Shown: positions 8,151-18,718, counted from the first letter of the stretch. The stretch is DNA of 32,000 nt from Vibrio alginolyticus NBRC 15630 = ATCC 17749 (GCF_000354175.2 NC_022349.1:150001-182000); one strand, 5' to 3'. The notes: generated by a model not told the origin, from the letters alone. Numbers and translations: made by a program.

Positions 8151-8398
8151 TGAATGACAGTTGGGCTAATTTCTTTCCTTACTTTGCTGGAGCTTTTAAG
8201 CTTATTGTATTAGGGATAGGAGCCTACTTAGCCATTAAATGGCATTTTGACGAAGAGCGAAGGGTAAGAGAAGCGGAAGGTGTGGTGTTTGATAACCCAA
8301 GTCTCATGAAAAAGTTTGCGAAGACGCTAACTCTGCCATTCCTTTTGTGTCTTCTCGTTCTTCTTGTTATATATGCTACCAACTGGTTCCTGTATTGA
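8150..8398 (+). CDS. Small membrane protein (two predicted TM helices), function unknown
   Basis: 82 aa. SD GGAGATGGA upstream. Two hydrophobic helices flank a charged loop (WHFDEERRVREAEG). Confidence 0.6.
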   Translation: MNDSWANFFPYFAGAFKLIVLGIGAYLAIKWHFDEERRVREAEGVVFDNPSLMKKFAKTLTLPFLLCLLVLLVIYATNWFLY

Positions 8399-8403
8399 CG
8401 GCT

Positions 8404-9393
8404 TTATTGTTTGTTGTAGTAAAGCTGAATGCTGCCGCCTCTGAGAGTCGAGCCGTAGTTGAAGTTAACGCCTATGCCGAAATTGTCCAACCAATCAAAG
8501 GGCTTTGGTGCATAAAATAGCCATCCTATAGAAGCTTCGTAGTAATGCGGACTTCCCAGTTCATCGCTTAAATCATGCGAAAGGTCGACTCTTTTAATCC
8601 CGGTAAATAAAGCCTGCTCACCGTGATAAATATTGTAGTAACCGGTGATTTCATTAGATAGGTACCAACCTTTAGGGTTGCCTATATTGCCGTTATTTGC
8701 GCTTCCCCAGCTGTGCCCAATGAATGAATTCAATGTCGAACTGGCATGCCATTTCCCCCAAATTGTGGGAGACGTGTATTTGGCTTTAATGGATGGTTGA
8801 ACTATTGCCGCCCATGCTGAAACGTTAACGGCACGGCCGTCTAGGATTCTTCCAATGATGGATGAAAGTTTATTATCGGTAGAGAATGAGTTTTTATAAC
8901 GCATAAGGTGAGTCGTCGTTCTGGTGCTAAGGGTGACGTTTTCACTTGCTTTGTATAGATACCCATAACCAATCGATGCACCGTATGTCCTTTCCTTGAG
9001 AAGATCCTTACTTGTGCCGAATAGTTTGAGATCATTCTCTGTTTGTATCGTAAATGCCTTAAACGACAGCTCATGTAAGTCCTCGCTGCCCTCTATGTCA
9101 AAGTTAGTCGTGTAAGGGAGAACATATACGGATTTGCTTCGACGTTCATTGATTGACTCGTCAGTCCCGAACTCTGGGTTGGCGGTATCAAATAATGCAT
9201 TCGGATCAAAGTCGCCAATACCAAACGCAATTGCGTCAGTGTCGGACAGCAAAACCGCGATAGAAAAACGTTGTTGGAGAAGGTTGCTAATTTCCTTATC
9301 TAGTGGATCCGCTTGAGCTGTGTTAGGAAGAGAGAGTAGGAGAGCGAGCGAAACGACTCGCCACTCCACTGAGGCGAAGTTGGGTTGGAACAT
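8404..9393 (-). CDS. Putative secreted outer-membrane beta-barrel protein, family uncertain
   Basis: I prefer the start at Met10 of the track ORF (AAGAG SD 5 nt upstream). That gives the signal peptide MFQPNFASVEWRVVSLALLLSLPNTAQA/DP. The mature part is rich in G, Y, S, N and T with alternating hydrophobic residues. The C-terminus ends YYNKQ, not a canonical terminal aromatic. Confidence 0.5.
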   Translation of the reverse strand: MFQPNFASVEWRVVSLALLLSLPNTAQADPLDKEISNLLQQRFSIAVLLSDTDAIAFGIGDFDPNALFDTANPEFGTDESINERRSKSVYVLPYTTNFDIEGSEDLHELSFKAFTIQTENDLKLFGTSKDLLKERTYGASIGYGYLYKASENVTLSTRTTTHLMRYKNSFSTDNKLSSIIGRILDGRAVNVSAWAAIVQPSIKAKYTSPTIWGKWHASSTLNSFIGHSWGSANNGNIGNPKGWYLSNEITGYYNIYHGEQALFTGIKRVDLSHDLSDELGSPHYYEASIGWLFYAPKPFDWLDNFGIGVNFNYGSTLRGGSIQLYYNKQ

Positions 9394-9450
9394 TTTGGCT
9401 CTTTCAAATGGTTCATGCATGGAGTTTTTGGACGTACCGGTACGCTAACA

Positions 9451-9862
9451 TTAGTTTAATCGTTGAATGGTCGGTGTAACTTTGAGAAATCTATGTTTTC
9501 TCATATTGATATGAAAAAGTTCCTTAAACGAGTTTAGCTTCAATGTGTATGCTGCACCAGATTTGTTTAGCAACATCATTCTTTTCTGAAGATGTAGCAA
9601 GACTTTGTGACTAGGTTGCATTATTTTCTTTAATGCGTCTCTTGAGAGGAAAATAGCAAACTTTTTTATTGCCTTGGCGCTCAAGAAAATCTGAATCGTT
9701 CACTGTGCTACTGGTTAACTTCGAAAACTTGTAAGCATCCTGTCTGCCAACATCACGACTAACATCATCAAGGAGTACCCTTAAATACGTCAGATAAACA
9801 ATGGTTTTTTTGAGCTTTAGAAGAAATGTTCGGACCTTTGCATATTCCGCGGTGGTGCTCAA
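9451..9862 (-). pseudogene. Possible frameshifted remnant: two overlapping same-strand ORFs of 83 and 77 aa, unknown family
   Basis: The two ORFs are offset by +1 and overlap by 74 nt, in a stretch that contains an A6 run (AATAAAAAAG). Both begin at TTG. Neither has a good SD or a recognisable domain. Confidence 0.25.
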
Positions 9863-10167
9863 TCCAAGAACTGTGTTTTGTATGTGTTCTCAGTAAATCA
9901 TTGAGTCGATCTATTCTTCAAAATGTGGTCCCTTTTAATTCACTTTCTGTTACATATTTTTCGTTTTGAAAGAGCATTTTAATTTGCATCTTTTGAAAAG
10001 ATCTCTTTGTTAAATTTTGTATAAAATCAACTAATTGTTGAAATTAGAACCCTTGTCAAAAAGTCATTAGATTTCATGTTGAATAGCCTCTTTTACCTAA
10101 TAGTATACTCTATTTGTTTGATATAATTTCCGGCAGTTTGTATACCATAAATAAAGAGAGTCTATTC

Positions 10168-11805
10168 ATGTTCCAGAACTTAACGATCAAGCAGAAGATA
10201 GTGATTCCGCTGTCATTGATTATTGGATTGTTTATTGTGAGCTCTGTATTAAACGTTATGACAAGTTGGAAGCAATCTGAATTGAGTGAGACACTCAACG
10301 AACAGATCGTGCCGAACTTATTAACGATTGAGGATGCTTACCGCGATCTTTACCAAGCTACATCTGCAATCCAAGGTGTTGCTCTTTCTGATACTCAAAC
10401 CGATATTGATCACCACATCGGTGAATACAAAGACAACGCATACAAAGCGCTGCCGCGTATGGAACAAATGATTGAGCTATCGCAAGCCGGTGTGACGCCT
10501 TCTACACATGGTAATGAAGTTCGAACGCTTGTCTCTTTGGGTGAAAAATGGTTAGCAAGTTATGAGGCGATGCTACGTTTACCTCAATCTCAATGGCGTG
10601 GTTACTACAATGAGCACAAACATACCTTTGAAGACCAATTTATCGAGGTTAGAGCGCAGCTTAACGTTGTAAAAGATGCAATAGAAGAAAAGCAAAGCCA
10701 ATTGAAGGACGAAATATCAGCGGCTGCAACAAGAGCAGAACTCATTCTTGAAGCGGGCATTGTGATTGTTATTCTGGCCGCTATTGCGATGGCGTTTTTG
10801 TTGTTGCAAACGGTTGTGAAGCCTATCAATGATATTAAAAATGCGATGACAGAAATTGCGTCCGGTGAAGGTGATCTAAGTCAGCGAATCGATGTAAAAA
10901 CACAAGACGAAATTGGCAATTTAGCAGACGCATTTAACCAGTTTGTGTCCAAAATTCAAGTGACAGTCGCTCAGGTAATTGAAAGCTCAAATACCCTACG
11001 TAACGAAATGGCAAATCTTAGCTCGTTGACCAAGACCATCGCGAACTCGACCGTTTCTCAGCAAAAAGATAGTGAGGCGGTAGCGGCGGCAGTGCACGAA
11101 ATGCAAGTCACCAGCAGAAATGTAAGCGATAGCGCTAACGAAGCCGCGGTTGCGAGCCAAACAGCGAATGATGAACTTACCAATACCAATGTTATTTTGG
11201 ATCAAACGGTTAGCTCAATTCGCAGCCTCGCAAGTGAAATCGAAAGCGCAAGCCACGTCATTAACACATTGGATCATGATGTGAGTAACATTGCGTCCGT
11301 ACTGGATGTAATTCGTGGTATTGCCGAGCAAACAAACTTATTAGCGCTTAACGCAGCCATTGAAGCGGCTCGCGCTGGAGAGCAAGGGCGAGGCTTTGCT
11401 GTGGTAGCGGACGAGGTTCGTTCTTTAGCCAGTCGTACGCAACAGAGTACGGGAGAAATCCAAACCATGATTGAAAAGCTACAATCTGGTGCAGGACAAG
11501 CTGTAGAAGTGATGCGCGGTAGCCAAAATAGCAGTGATGAAACGATCAAGTCCGCTGGCCGAGCGAGTGAATCCCTTTCTGAAATCTTGAACGCGATTTC
11601 ACGTATGAACGAGATGAATACACACATTGCAACGGCTGCGAGCCAGCAAAGTACAGTAAGTGACGAAGTAAATAGCAACGTACAAGGCATTGCAGACAGT
11701 AGCACTTCAATTGTGGAAATCGTAAACCAAGCGCAAGCTTCTTTAGCCATGTTGTCAGAGCAAACTCAACGTTTAGATCATCAGGTCAGTCAGTTCAAAG
11801 TATAA
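10168..11805 (+). CDS. Methyl-accepting chemotaxis protein (periplasmic helical sensor, HAMP, MA signalling domain)
   Basis: Start moved to the ATG at 10168 (SD AAAGAGAG). Layout is TM1, a ~190-aa periplasmic domain, TM2, HAMP ([24 protein letters not shown]), then the conserved hairpin core [37 protein letters not shown]. Confidence 0.9.
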   Translation: MFQNLTIKQKIVIPLSLIIGLFIVSSVLNVMTSWKQSELSETLNEQIVPNLLTIEDAYRDLYQATSAIQGVALSDTQTDIDHHIGEYKDNAYKALPRMEQMIELSQAGVTPSTHGNEVRTLVSLGEKWLASYEAMLRLPQSQWRGYYNEHKHTFEDQFIEVRAQLNVVKDAIEEKQSQLKDEISAAATRAELILEAGIVIVILAAIAMAFLLLQTVVKPINDIKNAMTEIASGEGDLSQRIDVKTQDEIGNLADAFNQFVSKIQVTVAQVIESSNTLRNEMANLSSLTKTIANSTVSQQKDSEAVAAAVHEMQVTSRNVSDSANEAAVASQTANDELTNTNVILDQTVSSIRSLASEIESASHVINTLDHDVSNIASVLDVIRGIAEQTNLLALNAAIEAARAGEQGRGFAVVADEVRSLASRTQQSTGEIQTMIEKLQSGAGQAVEVMRGSQNSSDETIKSAGRASESLSEILNAISRMNEMNTHIATAASQQSTVSDEVNSNVQGIADSSTSIVEIVNQAQASLAMLSEQTQRLDHQVSQFKV

Positions 11806-11832
11806 GCTGAGAACAGCAATCTCACTGACGAA

Positions 11833-11861
11833 ATAACCCGCTTCTTAGCGGGTTATTTTTT
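11833..11861 (+). terminator. Rho-independent terminator after the first MCP
   Basis: ATAACCCGC-TTCTTA-GCGGGTTAT followed by T5. Confidence 0.85.
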
Positions 11862-12131
11862 AGATAAGTGGCGAACCTGACTTGTGAAATTTCGACTATA
11901 TTTACATTCCTTTCTCACTTTAGTTCGTATACCAGAGTGGGCAAATAACCCTAGACAGCGGTAACAAACTCTGTACAGCGTGATGATGCTTTTATCATCA
12001 CTTTTGCTGCTTTTTAACCATTGCAATTGCACACAGGAAAATGTGATTTCCAACCCAAAATCTTCAAATTTGAGAACTTCATAACACCTTTACCATAAAC
12101 GTTTTTCGTAAGCGTATAGAACTGTAAATTT

Positions 12132-12147
12132 TGTTGTATGTACAACA
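12132..12147. promoter_or_regulatory. Inverted repeat upstream of the RND operon (candidate operator)
   Basis: TGTTGTA-TG-TACAACA, with 7-bp perfect arms, about 125 bp upstream of the adaptor start. Confidence 0.25.
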
Positions 12148-12270
12148 CTGGGTATTTATCATCCTAATTAATTTGTTCTGGATATACATCCATTAGTCAT
12201 TATTAAGTCATTCTAGAAGCTTTTAATAAGGAATCTTGAAGGCTTGTCGGTAGATAAGAGAGAAAAATTC

Positions 12271-13410
12271 ATGAGACGTAAAACCACGCTATCTCTGCTG
12301 ATTGCGTCGAGCCTTTTTGTGGTTGGATGTCAACCTAGCGAAGAAGGATCGAGCCAAGGTGGGGGGCCTGCGCCCGTAACCGAAGTAGAAGTGTTAACAG
12401 TGCAGCCAACGCGCCAAGCATTGACAGTAGAGTTGCCGGGTCGTAGCAGAGCATTCAAAGAAGCAGAAGTTCGTCCGCAAGTCACTGGCATTATTTCGGA
12501 GCGAAATTTTGTTGAAGGTGGCCTTGTTGAACAAGGACAGTCGCTATATCAAATTGATGATTCATCATTTCAGGCGGATTTGCTGAGCGCTGAAGCGGAA
12601 TTAATCCGTGCGCAAGCTGCGGCAGAGTCGACCTATGCCACGGTGAAGCGTTACAGAACCTTGATCACCAAAAAATCCATCAGCCAACAAGACTTGGATG
12701 AAGCAGAAGCGGCATACAAAGAAGCGAAAGCGCAGGTCCTAGTCGCAAAAGCCAAGATCAACACAGCAAAAATCAACTTAGATTATACGCAAGTCAAAGC
12801 TCCGATTAGCGGGGTGATCGGTAAATCGAGTGTGACAGCGGGTGCGTTGGTTACGGCTAACCAAGCTGCCAAATTAGCGACCATTCAGCAGCTTGACCCT
12901 ATCAATGTTGATATTGTGCAATCATCCGCGCAACTGCTGCGTTTGAAAGCATCACTCTCCCAAGGCCATATGCAAGAAGATGACTCTGCGCAAGTTACAT
13001 TGATGCTTGAAGATGGCAGCACTTACGAACACAAAGGCACAATGAAATTTACTGAGGTCAATGTGAACGAAAGTACGGGCAGCGTGACGCTTCGTGCCGA
13101 ATTCCCAAACCCTGACGGTTTGTTGCTACCTGGAATGTTTGTTCGTGCGACGGTCATTACTGGTGTCGACCCTGATGCGATTCTAATACCACAAAATACG
13201 GTATCTCGTGATGCGACAGGTAAAGCGACAGTGATGACGGTTAATGGCGAGAACAAAGTGGAAGCGAAACCAGTGAAGACTGCCGAAGCGATCAATAGCC
13301 AATGGCGCATTATTGATGGTTTGAACGCGGGTGATAAAGTCATTACCGCCGGTTTACAAAAGGTAGGGCCAGGCAGTTCGGTAACTATCCAAAACGGTGA
13401 ACAGGAGTAA
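12271..13410 (+). CDS. RND efflux periplasmic adaptor (membrane fusion protein, AcrA/MexA family lipoprotein)
   Basis: Start moved to the ATG at 12271, giving the lipobox [20 protein letters not shown]. Typical MFP regions are present: [18 protein letters not shown], coiled-coil [18 protein letters not shown]. It ends 2 nt before the RND pump gene. Confidence 0.9.
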   Translation: MRRKTTLSLLIASSLFVVGCQPSEEGSSQGGGPAPVTEVEVLTVQPTRQALTVELPGRSRAFKEAEVRPQVTGIISERNFVEGGLVEQGQSLYQIDDSSFQADLLSAEAELIRAQAAAESTYATVKRYRTLITKKSISQQDLDEAEAAYKEAKAQVLVAKAKINTAKINLDYTQVKAPISGVIGKSSVTAGALVTANQAAKLATIQQLDPINVDIVQSSAQLLRLKASLSQGHMQEDDSAQVTLMLEDGSTYEHKGTMKFTEVNVNESTGSVTLRAEFPNPDGLLLPGMFVRATVITGVDPDAILIPQNTVSRDATGKATVMTVNGENKVEAKPVKTAEAINSQWRIIDGLNAGDKVITAGLQKVGPGSSVTIQNGEQE

Positions 13411-13412
13411 TC

Positions 13413-16400
13413 ATGGCACGATTTTTTATCGATCGTCCGGTATTTGCTTGGGTTCTCGCGATTCTAACGATGTTGGCGGGGGTAATGTCATTATTCAATT
13501 TACCCGTCTCGCAATACCCAACGATTTCACCGACGACGATCACCATCAGTGCTCGCTATCCAGGTGCATCAGCAAAAACCGTTGAAGACTCGGTAACGCA
13601 GGTTATCGAGCAAAACATGACAGGATTAGATTACCTTCGCTACCTATCATCGAGCAGTGATGCATTTGGTAATGCGACAATTACCCTGACGTTTGATAGC
13701 GAAGCTGATCCTGATATCGCGCAAGTACAGGTGCAGAACAAACTGCAATTGGCATTGACTTCATTGCCGATGGAGGTACAAAACCAAGGTATTGTCGTCA
13801 ATAAATCCAATACGGCATTTCTCATGGTTGTCGCAGTTTATTCTGAAGATCCTGACTTTACAGAAAACGATATCGGCGACTTTGTTGTAACGAATATTCA
13901 AGACCCGATAAGTCGTGTAACTGGCGTAGGACAAGTGCAGGCGTTTGGTGCGCAGTATGCGATGCGAGTTTGGCTGGATCCATTTAAGCTTACGCAATTC
14001 AACTTGACCGCGATCGACGTAGCAAATGCAATCAGTGAACAGAACGCGCAAGTTTCTTCAGGTCAACTTGGTGCGGCACCTGCGCAGGAGGGTCAGTTGT
14101 TGAATGCTACGATTTCTTCTGCAAGTCGTTTGAGCAGTGTAGAAGAGTTCCAAGACATCATTCTTAAGTCCGACGCCAGTGGTTCGAATGTTTATTTGAA
14201 AGATGTAGCTCGCGTTGAGCGTGGTGCAGAAAGTTATGATATTCGAGGCCAATATAATGGCTTCCCAGCATCGGGGTTAGGTATTTCATTAGGTACTGGC
14301 GCAAACGCGCTTGAGACAGCCAATGCGGTAAAAGAGCGCTTAGAACAACTGAGTGCAACGTTCCCAGAAGGGTTGCAGATTGCTTACCCATTTGAAACAA
14401 CACCATTCGTCAAAGCCTCGATTCAAGAAGTGGTTAAAACGCTATTAGAAGCTATTCTTCTTGTGTTCTTAATCATGTACCTATTCTTGCAGAACTTCCG
14501 TGCGACGATCATTCCAACGATCGCAGTGCCTGTCGTATTGCTCGGAACCTTCGCTATTTTGTACGCGACTGGATTTAGCGTAAACACGTTAACCATGTTC
14601 GCGATGGTTCTGGCTATCGGTTTGCTGGTGGATGATGCCATCGTTGTGGTGGAAAACGTCGAGCGTGTGATGCATGAAGATGGTTTAGAGCCCAAAGAAG
14701 CGACCAAAAAATCGATGGGGCAGATCACTGGTGCCCTGATTGGTGTGGGGTTGACGCTTTCAGCGGTATTCGTCCCTATGGCGTTTATGTCTGGTTCTAC
14801 CGGGGTTATTTACCGTCAGTTCTCGATAACTATTGTGGCGGCTATGACGCTTTCCGTTTTGGTTGCGATAATTCTGACTCCGGCATTGTGCGCTACGTTG
14901 CTGAAAAAAGGCGATGCTGAGCTTCTAGAGAAGAAAGGCTTCTTTGGCTGGTTTAACCGCAAGTTTGATGCGATGACAGCAGGCTATGAAACCGGCGTTG
15001 CCAAACTTCTAAAACGCACAGGTCGCATGTTGGTTGTATTTTTGGCAATGAGTGCAGGTGCTGGCTGGTTATTTATGAACCTTCCAACGTCATTTTTGCC
15101 AGATGAAGACCAAGGCACAGTATTCTCAATGGCTATTTTGCCGCCTAACTCAACACAAGAACAGACGGAAAAAACACTTGAGAAAATGCGTGACTTTTAC
15201 CTAGTAGACGAAAAAGACAATGTAAAATCCGTCTTCTCTGTTGCGGGCTTTAGTTTCGCAGGTCAAGGCCAAAACATGGGGATGGCATTTATCGGCCTGA
15301 AAGATTGGTCTGAGCGTGAAGCGCCTGGCGCTGATGCGGCTTCCATTACGGGCCGAGCGATGGGGTACTTCTCTACCATTAAAGAAGCTTTGGTGTTTGC
15401 GTTCGCCCCTCCAGCGATTCAAGAGCTAGGTAACTCGACAGGTTTCGATTTCTATCTCCAAGACTCGTTGAATAAAGGGCACGATGCATTAGTTGCGGCT
15501 CAAGGGCAACTTCTGGGCATGGCAGCACAAAACCCGAAACTTGTCGGTGTTCGTCCAAACGGTCAGGCAGATGCGCCAATGTACAAAGTGAACATTGACC
15601 ACGTCAAACTTCGTGCTTTGGATGTCAGTATCAATGACGTAAACCAAATCCTGTCAGCTGCATGGGGCGGGGCTTACATTAACGATTATATTGACCGCGG
15701 TCGTGTGAAGAAAGTGATGGTGCAAAGTGATGCGGAATACCGCATGCAGCCAAAAGACTTCGATTCATGGTACGTACGCAACGCTAAGGGAGAGATGGTG
15801 CCTTTCTCTGCTTTTGCGAGTGGTGAGTGGACATATGGTTCTCCTCTTTTGCAGCGCTTTGATGGTTTGCCAGCAATGAATATTCAAGGCGGTGCAGCTC
15901 CTGGTGTAAGTACTGGTGAAGCCATGGAAGAAATTGAAGCAATGGTAGAAAAGCTACCAGAAGGTTTCACGGTGAACTGGAATGGTATTTCGTATGAAGA
16001 GCGCCTTTCCGGAAACCAAGCGCCGATGCTATATGCGCTATCTATCCTCGTCGTATTCTTAGTTCTTGCCGCTTTGTATGAAAGTTGGTCAGTACCTTTC
16101 GCCGTGGTGTTAGTTGTTCCTCTTGGTGTGCTTGGTGCTGTGCTTGCGGTAATGACGCGCAGTATGGATAACGATGTGTTCTTCCAGGTGAGCTTATTAA
16201 CGACGGTCGGCTTGGCAACCAAAAACGCCATTCTGATTGTTGAGTTTGCAAAGGACTACTATGAGAAAGGCGCTGGGCTTATCGAAGCAACCTTACATGC
16301 TGTTCGCGTTCGTCTGCGCCCAATTATCATGACATCGCTTGCTTTTGGTTTGGGTGTGGTACCACTAGCTATTAGTTCAGGTGTGGGATCAGCAGGTCAA

Positions 16401-16574
16401 AACGCAGTGGGTACCGGCGTACTTGGTGGCATGATCAGTGCCACGATATTGGGTATATTCTTCGTCCCAATCTTCTTTGTAGTGGTTGAGCGATTGTTTG
16501 ATCGACGTGCGAGAAAAGAGTCGGAGGCAGAGTTGTCTGAGACCAGCACTAAACCCACTCAGCAAAGCGAGTAG
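13413..16574 (+). CDS. RND multidrug efflux permease, HAE1 family (AcrB/AcrD/MexB-like)
   Basis: 1053 aa. The N-terminus [23 protein letters not shown]...[38 protein letters not shown] is closely colinear with E. coli AcrB. 12-TM architecture. Confidence 0.95.
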   Translation: MARFFIDRPVFAWVLAILTMLAGVMSLFNLPVSQYPTISPTTITISARYPGASAKTVEDSVTQVIEQNMTGLDYLRYLSSSSDAFGNATITLTFDSEADPDIAQVQVQNKLQLALTSLPMEVQNQGIVVNKSNTAFLMVVAVYSEDPDFTENDIGDFVVTNIQDPISRVTGVGQVQAFGAQYAMRVWLDPFKLTQFNLTAIDVANAISEQNAQVSSGQLGAAPAQEGQLLNATISSASRLSSVEEFQDIILKSDASGSNVYLKDVARVERGAESYDIRGQYNGFPASGLGISLGTGANALETANAVKERLEQLSATFPEGLQIAYPFETTPFVKASIQEVVKTLLEAILLVFLIMYLFLQNFRATIIPTIAVPVVLLGTFAILYATGFSVNTLTMFAMVLAIGLLVDDAIVVVENVERVMHEDGLEPKEATKKSMGQITGALIGVGLTLSAVFVPMAFMSGSTGVIYRQFSITIVAAMTLSVLVAIILTPALCATLLKKGDAELLEKKGFFGWFNRKFDAMTAGYETGVAKLLKRTGRMLVVFLAMSAGAGWLFMNLPTSFLPDEDQGTVFSMAILPPNSTQEQTEKTLEKMRDFYLVDEKDNVKSVFSVAGFSFAGQGQNMGMAFIGLKDWSEREAPGADAASITGRAMGYFSTIKEALVFAFAPPAIQELGNSTGFDFYLQDSLNKGHDALVAAQGQLLGMAAQNPKLVGVRPNGQADAPMYKVNIDHVKLRALDVSINDVNQILSAAWGGAYINDYIDRGRVKKVMVQSDAEYRMQPKDFDSWYVRNAKGEMVPFSAFASGEWTYGSPLLQRFDGLPAMNIQGGAAPGVSTGEAMEEIEAMVEKLPEGFTVNWNGISYEERLSGNQAPMLYALSILVVFLVLAALYESWSVPFAVVLVVPLGVLGAVLAVMTRSMDNDVFFQVSLLTTVGLATKNAILIVEFAKDYYEKGAGLIEATLHAVRVRLRPIIMTSLAFGLGVVPLAISSGVGSAGQNAVGTGVLGGMISATILGIFFVPIFFVVVERLFDRRARKESEAELSETSTKPTQQSE

Positions 16575-16623
16575 GACTTGGTTGTTTTAACTGAGTTATA
16601 CTAGTGATAATAAACACGATTAA

Positions 16624-16648
16624 AGGGCGCTTCGGCGCTCTTTATTTT
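16624..16648 (+). terminator. Rho-independent terminator after the RND operon
   Basis: GGGCGC-TTCG-GCGCTC followed by TTTATTTT. Confidence 0.7.
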
Positions 16649-16761
16649 ATGTTTTCACTTGGTGGTTACCGTCTATGACGCGAGCCTGAAAGACGGCGTG
16701 TTGTGTGCAGTATCAGCACAGCCTTTTCGACCGAATGGAAGCCTAAAGAAGAAAAACGACG

Positions 16762-17217
16762 ATGAAAGATCAGAAAGTTTCCCCAATTTCCGTTTTGGAT
16801 CAAAGCCCTATGTTTGTTTGTGGTGTGATGCAGCGCATGTACCGCAATCGTGCCCAAGCTGAGCTCTCTCGGCAAAATTTGATGACACTAGAAATGGCAA
16901 GTGCACTGGCCGCTTTAGAAGAATTTCAGCCTATGAGCCAGCAAGCGTTAGCTGATGCGGTTCGAACTGAGCGAAGTGTAGCAAAGCGGATGGTGGACAA
17001 TCTGGAAAAGAGAGGGTTTGTTCAAGTTTCTAAAAGTAAATCGAATCAGCGCCTTAAAATGCTAAGCATGACAAAAGAGGGGGCAAATGCTTTAAAGCAA
17101 GTTCATCAAATCATGACGAATTTACAGAAAGAGTTTTTTTCTTGTTTGTCGGAATCTGAAGCGACTGAATTTTTTCGTCTGGTAAGAAAGCTCACTTTTG
17201 CGAATCACGACCAGTAA
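16762..17217 (+). CDS. MarR-family transcriptional regulator
   Basis: 151 aa. The winged-helix region MSQQALADAVRTERSVAKRMVDNLEKRGFVQVSKSKSNQRLKMLSMTKEG is typical of MarR. Confidence 0.8.
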   Translation: MKDQKVSPISVLDQSPMFVCGVMQRMYRNRAQAELSRQNLMTLEMASALAALEEFQPMSQQALADAVRTERSVAKRMVDNLEKRGFVQVSKSKSNQRLKMLSMTKEGANALKQVHQIMTNLQKEFFSCLSESEATEFFRLVRKLTFANHDQ

Positions 17218-17261
17218 CTTACATCAATGCCGTCTAGCGTCTTTATTTTATCGCTGGCCAA

Positions 17262-18218
17262 TTATATTAAGTTGTAGAACTTAAGAAATAGGATGCCCAA
17301 CGTACAGGTCACGGTAGAAAGCACCGTAGTGAGTGCGATGATATTTGCAGCTAACGTGGCATTGCCTCCCATGGAGCGCGCCATGACATAGCTGGCAGCA
17401 GCGACTGGAGAGGCGTTCATAAAGAAAAGAATACCTAGCTCAATTCCTCGAAATCCTACTAAGTAAGCTCCCATGGTGATGATGACTGGCGCTACGATGA
17501 GCTTGTAACTGCTCGCAAACCAAGATGGACCTTTCTCTTTTCTCATCAAGCTAAAGTCAAGTGAGCCACCCGTACACAACAGCGCCAAAGGCAATGTCAT
17601 TTTGGACAAGTAGTCTCCTGCGTCAATAACCACATTCGGTACTGGAATAGCGAGTAAATAAAAAGCCATTCCTAGAACAATGGAGATTATGAGTGGATTC
17701 CTAGTCAGTGTTCGGCCCATCATCTTTGCTGCTTGCGAGGCAGACGTTGCTCCTTTGGGAGATAAGCAAATTACCGCTTGGACGTTATAAATAAATGTGG
17801 TGACCGCGACATAGAGAGCCGCTAACGCCACACCTTGAGAACCATACGCATTGGCAACGTAAGCGATACCAATAATACCTGTATTTGCTCGGAACCCACC
17901 TTGGATGAGAACGCCTTGGTCAGGCGATGCTTTGAATAGAAGTTTGACGGAAAGATAGGTGAAAATGAAAAACGAAATACTAGCGATGACGCCGAAATTG
18001 ACGAATCCACTTGCCGCGGAAAAGTCGTGTTCTGAAGCCACAATGCTGACAAATAACATTGCAGGCAAGGTAACTTGAAACACCAGTTTAGAGCCTACTT
18101 CGATAAAATTATCGTTGATTAGACCAAAGCGCTTAAAAAGAACGCCAAGTACCAACATCAAACAGATAGGTCCGGTTATCGACAAAGAGAATTGCAACTG
18201 ATGTAAAACAGCTTCCAT
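17262..18218 (-). CDS. AEC-family (auxin efflux carrier-like) membrane transporter
   Basis: 318-aa polytopic membrane protein. The N-terminus PICLMLVLGVLFKRFGLINDNFIEVGSKLVFQVTLPAMLF fits the Mem_trans/AEC family pattern. Confidence 0.75.
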   Translation of the reverse strand: MEAVLHQLQFSLSITGPICLMLVLGVLFKRFGLINDNFIEVGSKLVFQVTLPAMLFVSIVASEHDFSAASGFVNFGVIASISFFIFTYLSVKLLFKASPDQGVLIQGGFRANTGIIGIAYVANAYGSQGVALAALYVAVTTFIYNVQAVICLSPKGATSASQAAKMMGRTLTRNPLIISIVLGMAFYLLAIPVPNVVIDAGDYLSKMTLPLALLCTGGSLDFSLMRKEKGPSWFASSYKLIVAPVIITMGAYLVGFRGIELGILFFMNASPVAAASYVMARSMGGNATLAANIIALTTVLSTVTCTLGILFLKFYNLI

Positions 18219-18479
18219 GTAAGTATCCGCAGCAAAAGAAAAAAGTGTTCCTGTTGCCTATTAAGCCACAAACCCGGAGGGTAGGACAGTAACGTGATGA
18301 AATTTTCTTCTGTTGTAGGTTCCGGAGTCATTTACACTCCAAGTTATGGACGAGGTCCCAATTTAACAAAGCGGTACTGGTCCTACGTGCGATATGTTGA
18401 TTAACTCGTTGTCGTGATGCATCCACATGCGTATTAGATGTGAGGGCTGGTCATCGTAGTTATGGATAGGAGTTCATCA

Positions 18480-18575
18480 ATGAAAAGGAAACACAACAAA
18501 ACTGTACTGTGTGCGTTTGTCTCTGGTTCGGTATTTGGTGCGGTTTTGGTCATTGCGATGTCTTTACCAATGTAA
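18480..18575 (+). CDS. Possible 31-aa single-TM micro-protein
   Basis: MKRKHNKTVLCAFVSGSVFGAVLVIAMSLPM. AGGAG lies 7 nt upstream of the ATG. Basic N-terminus followed by one hydrophobic helix. Confidence 0.35.
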   Translation: MKRKHNKTVLCAFVSGSVFGAVLVIAMSLPM

Positions 18576-18661
18576 TCCTCTTAATTGGCTGTTGGAACAC
18601 TCACTCTAATTCAGTACAAAACAGATTGAGTTCTGCGGTATGTGCTGTTAGTTTAAAAAAC

Positions 18662-18718
18662 ATGAAAATACACGTTCGCCCTTCATTAACAACCTTCTCT
18701 TGGTGGCGCTCTAAATAG
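18662..18718 (+). promoter_or_regulatory. Candidate Trp-sensing leader peptide ORF (18 codons with tandem TGG)
   Basis: MKIHVRPSLTTFSWWRSK ends W-W-R-S, as the E. coli TrpL peptide ends GWWRTS. It lies 101 bp upstream of the TrpRS start. A 6-bp hairpin (18707-18712 / 18717-18722) covers its stop codon. No SD is visible. Confidence 0.45.

Noticed and set aside
10114-10167. N-terminal extensions suggested by the ORF track: 10114 for MCP1, TTG 12244 for the adaptor, TTG 18808 for TrpRS, GTG 22442 for the small ORF and 9420 for the outer-membrane protein.
   Set aside because: In each case a downstream ATG has a proper SD and yields a sensible N-terminus (TM1, lipobox, signal peptide or HIGH-region spacing). 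The upstream starts lack an SD.
11305-11430. About 125-bp DNA similarity between the two MCP genes (the second copy is at 24049-24174), considered as a possible repeat or recombination scar.
   Set aside because: The encoded 42 aa are identical, but the DNA differs mainly at synonymous third positions. This is the pattern of anciently diverged paralogues under purifying selection, not of a mobile or recently duplicated repeat.
11274-11750. 158-aa minus-strand ORF inside the first MCP, and the similar 93-aa ORF at 23901-24182 inside the second MCP.
   Set aside because: Both are antisense to the highly conserved Ala/Glu/Ser-rich MCP signalling domain. The sense frames have unmistakable MCP motifs. 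The antisense ORFs arise from codon composition and have no SD.
11853-12053. 66-aa minus-strand ORF between the first MCP and the RND operon.
   Set aside because: It starts inside the MCP terminator region, has no SD and has Cys/Ser/Lys-rich non-protein-like composition.
13023-16251. Numerous 60-115-aa minus-strand and off-frame ORFs within the RND adaptor and pump genes.
   Set aside because: All are nested in or antisense to long ORFs with strong AcrA/AcrB-family similarity. None has an independent start context.
16659-16875. Overlapping 67-aa (+) and 69-aa (-) ORFs between the RND terminator and the MarR gene.
   Set aside because: They overlap each other and the MarR 5' end, and have no SD or recognisable features. 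The MarR frame explains the region.
18509-18718. 69-aa track ORF upstream of trpS, considered as a protein-coding gene.
   Set aside because: It has a GTG start without an SD, overlaps the better-supported 31-aa ORF in another frame, and has odd Cys/Trp-rich composition. Only its last 18 codons, from the internal ATG, make sense, as the WW leader peptide.
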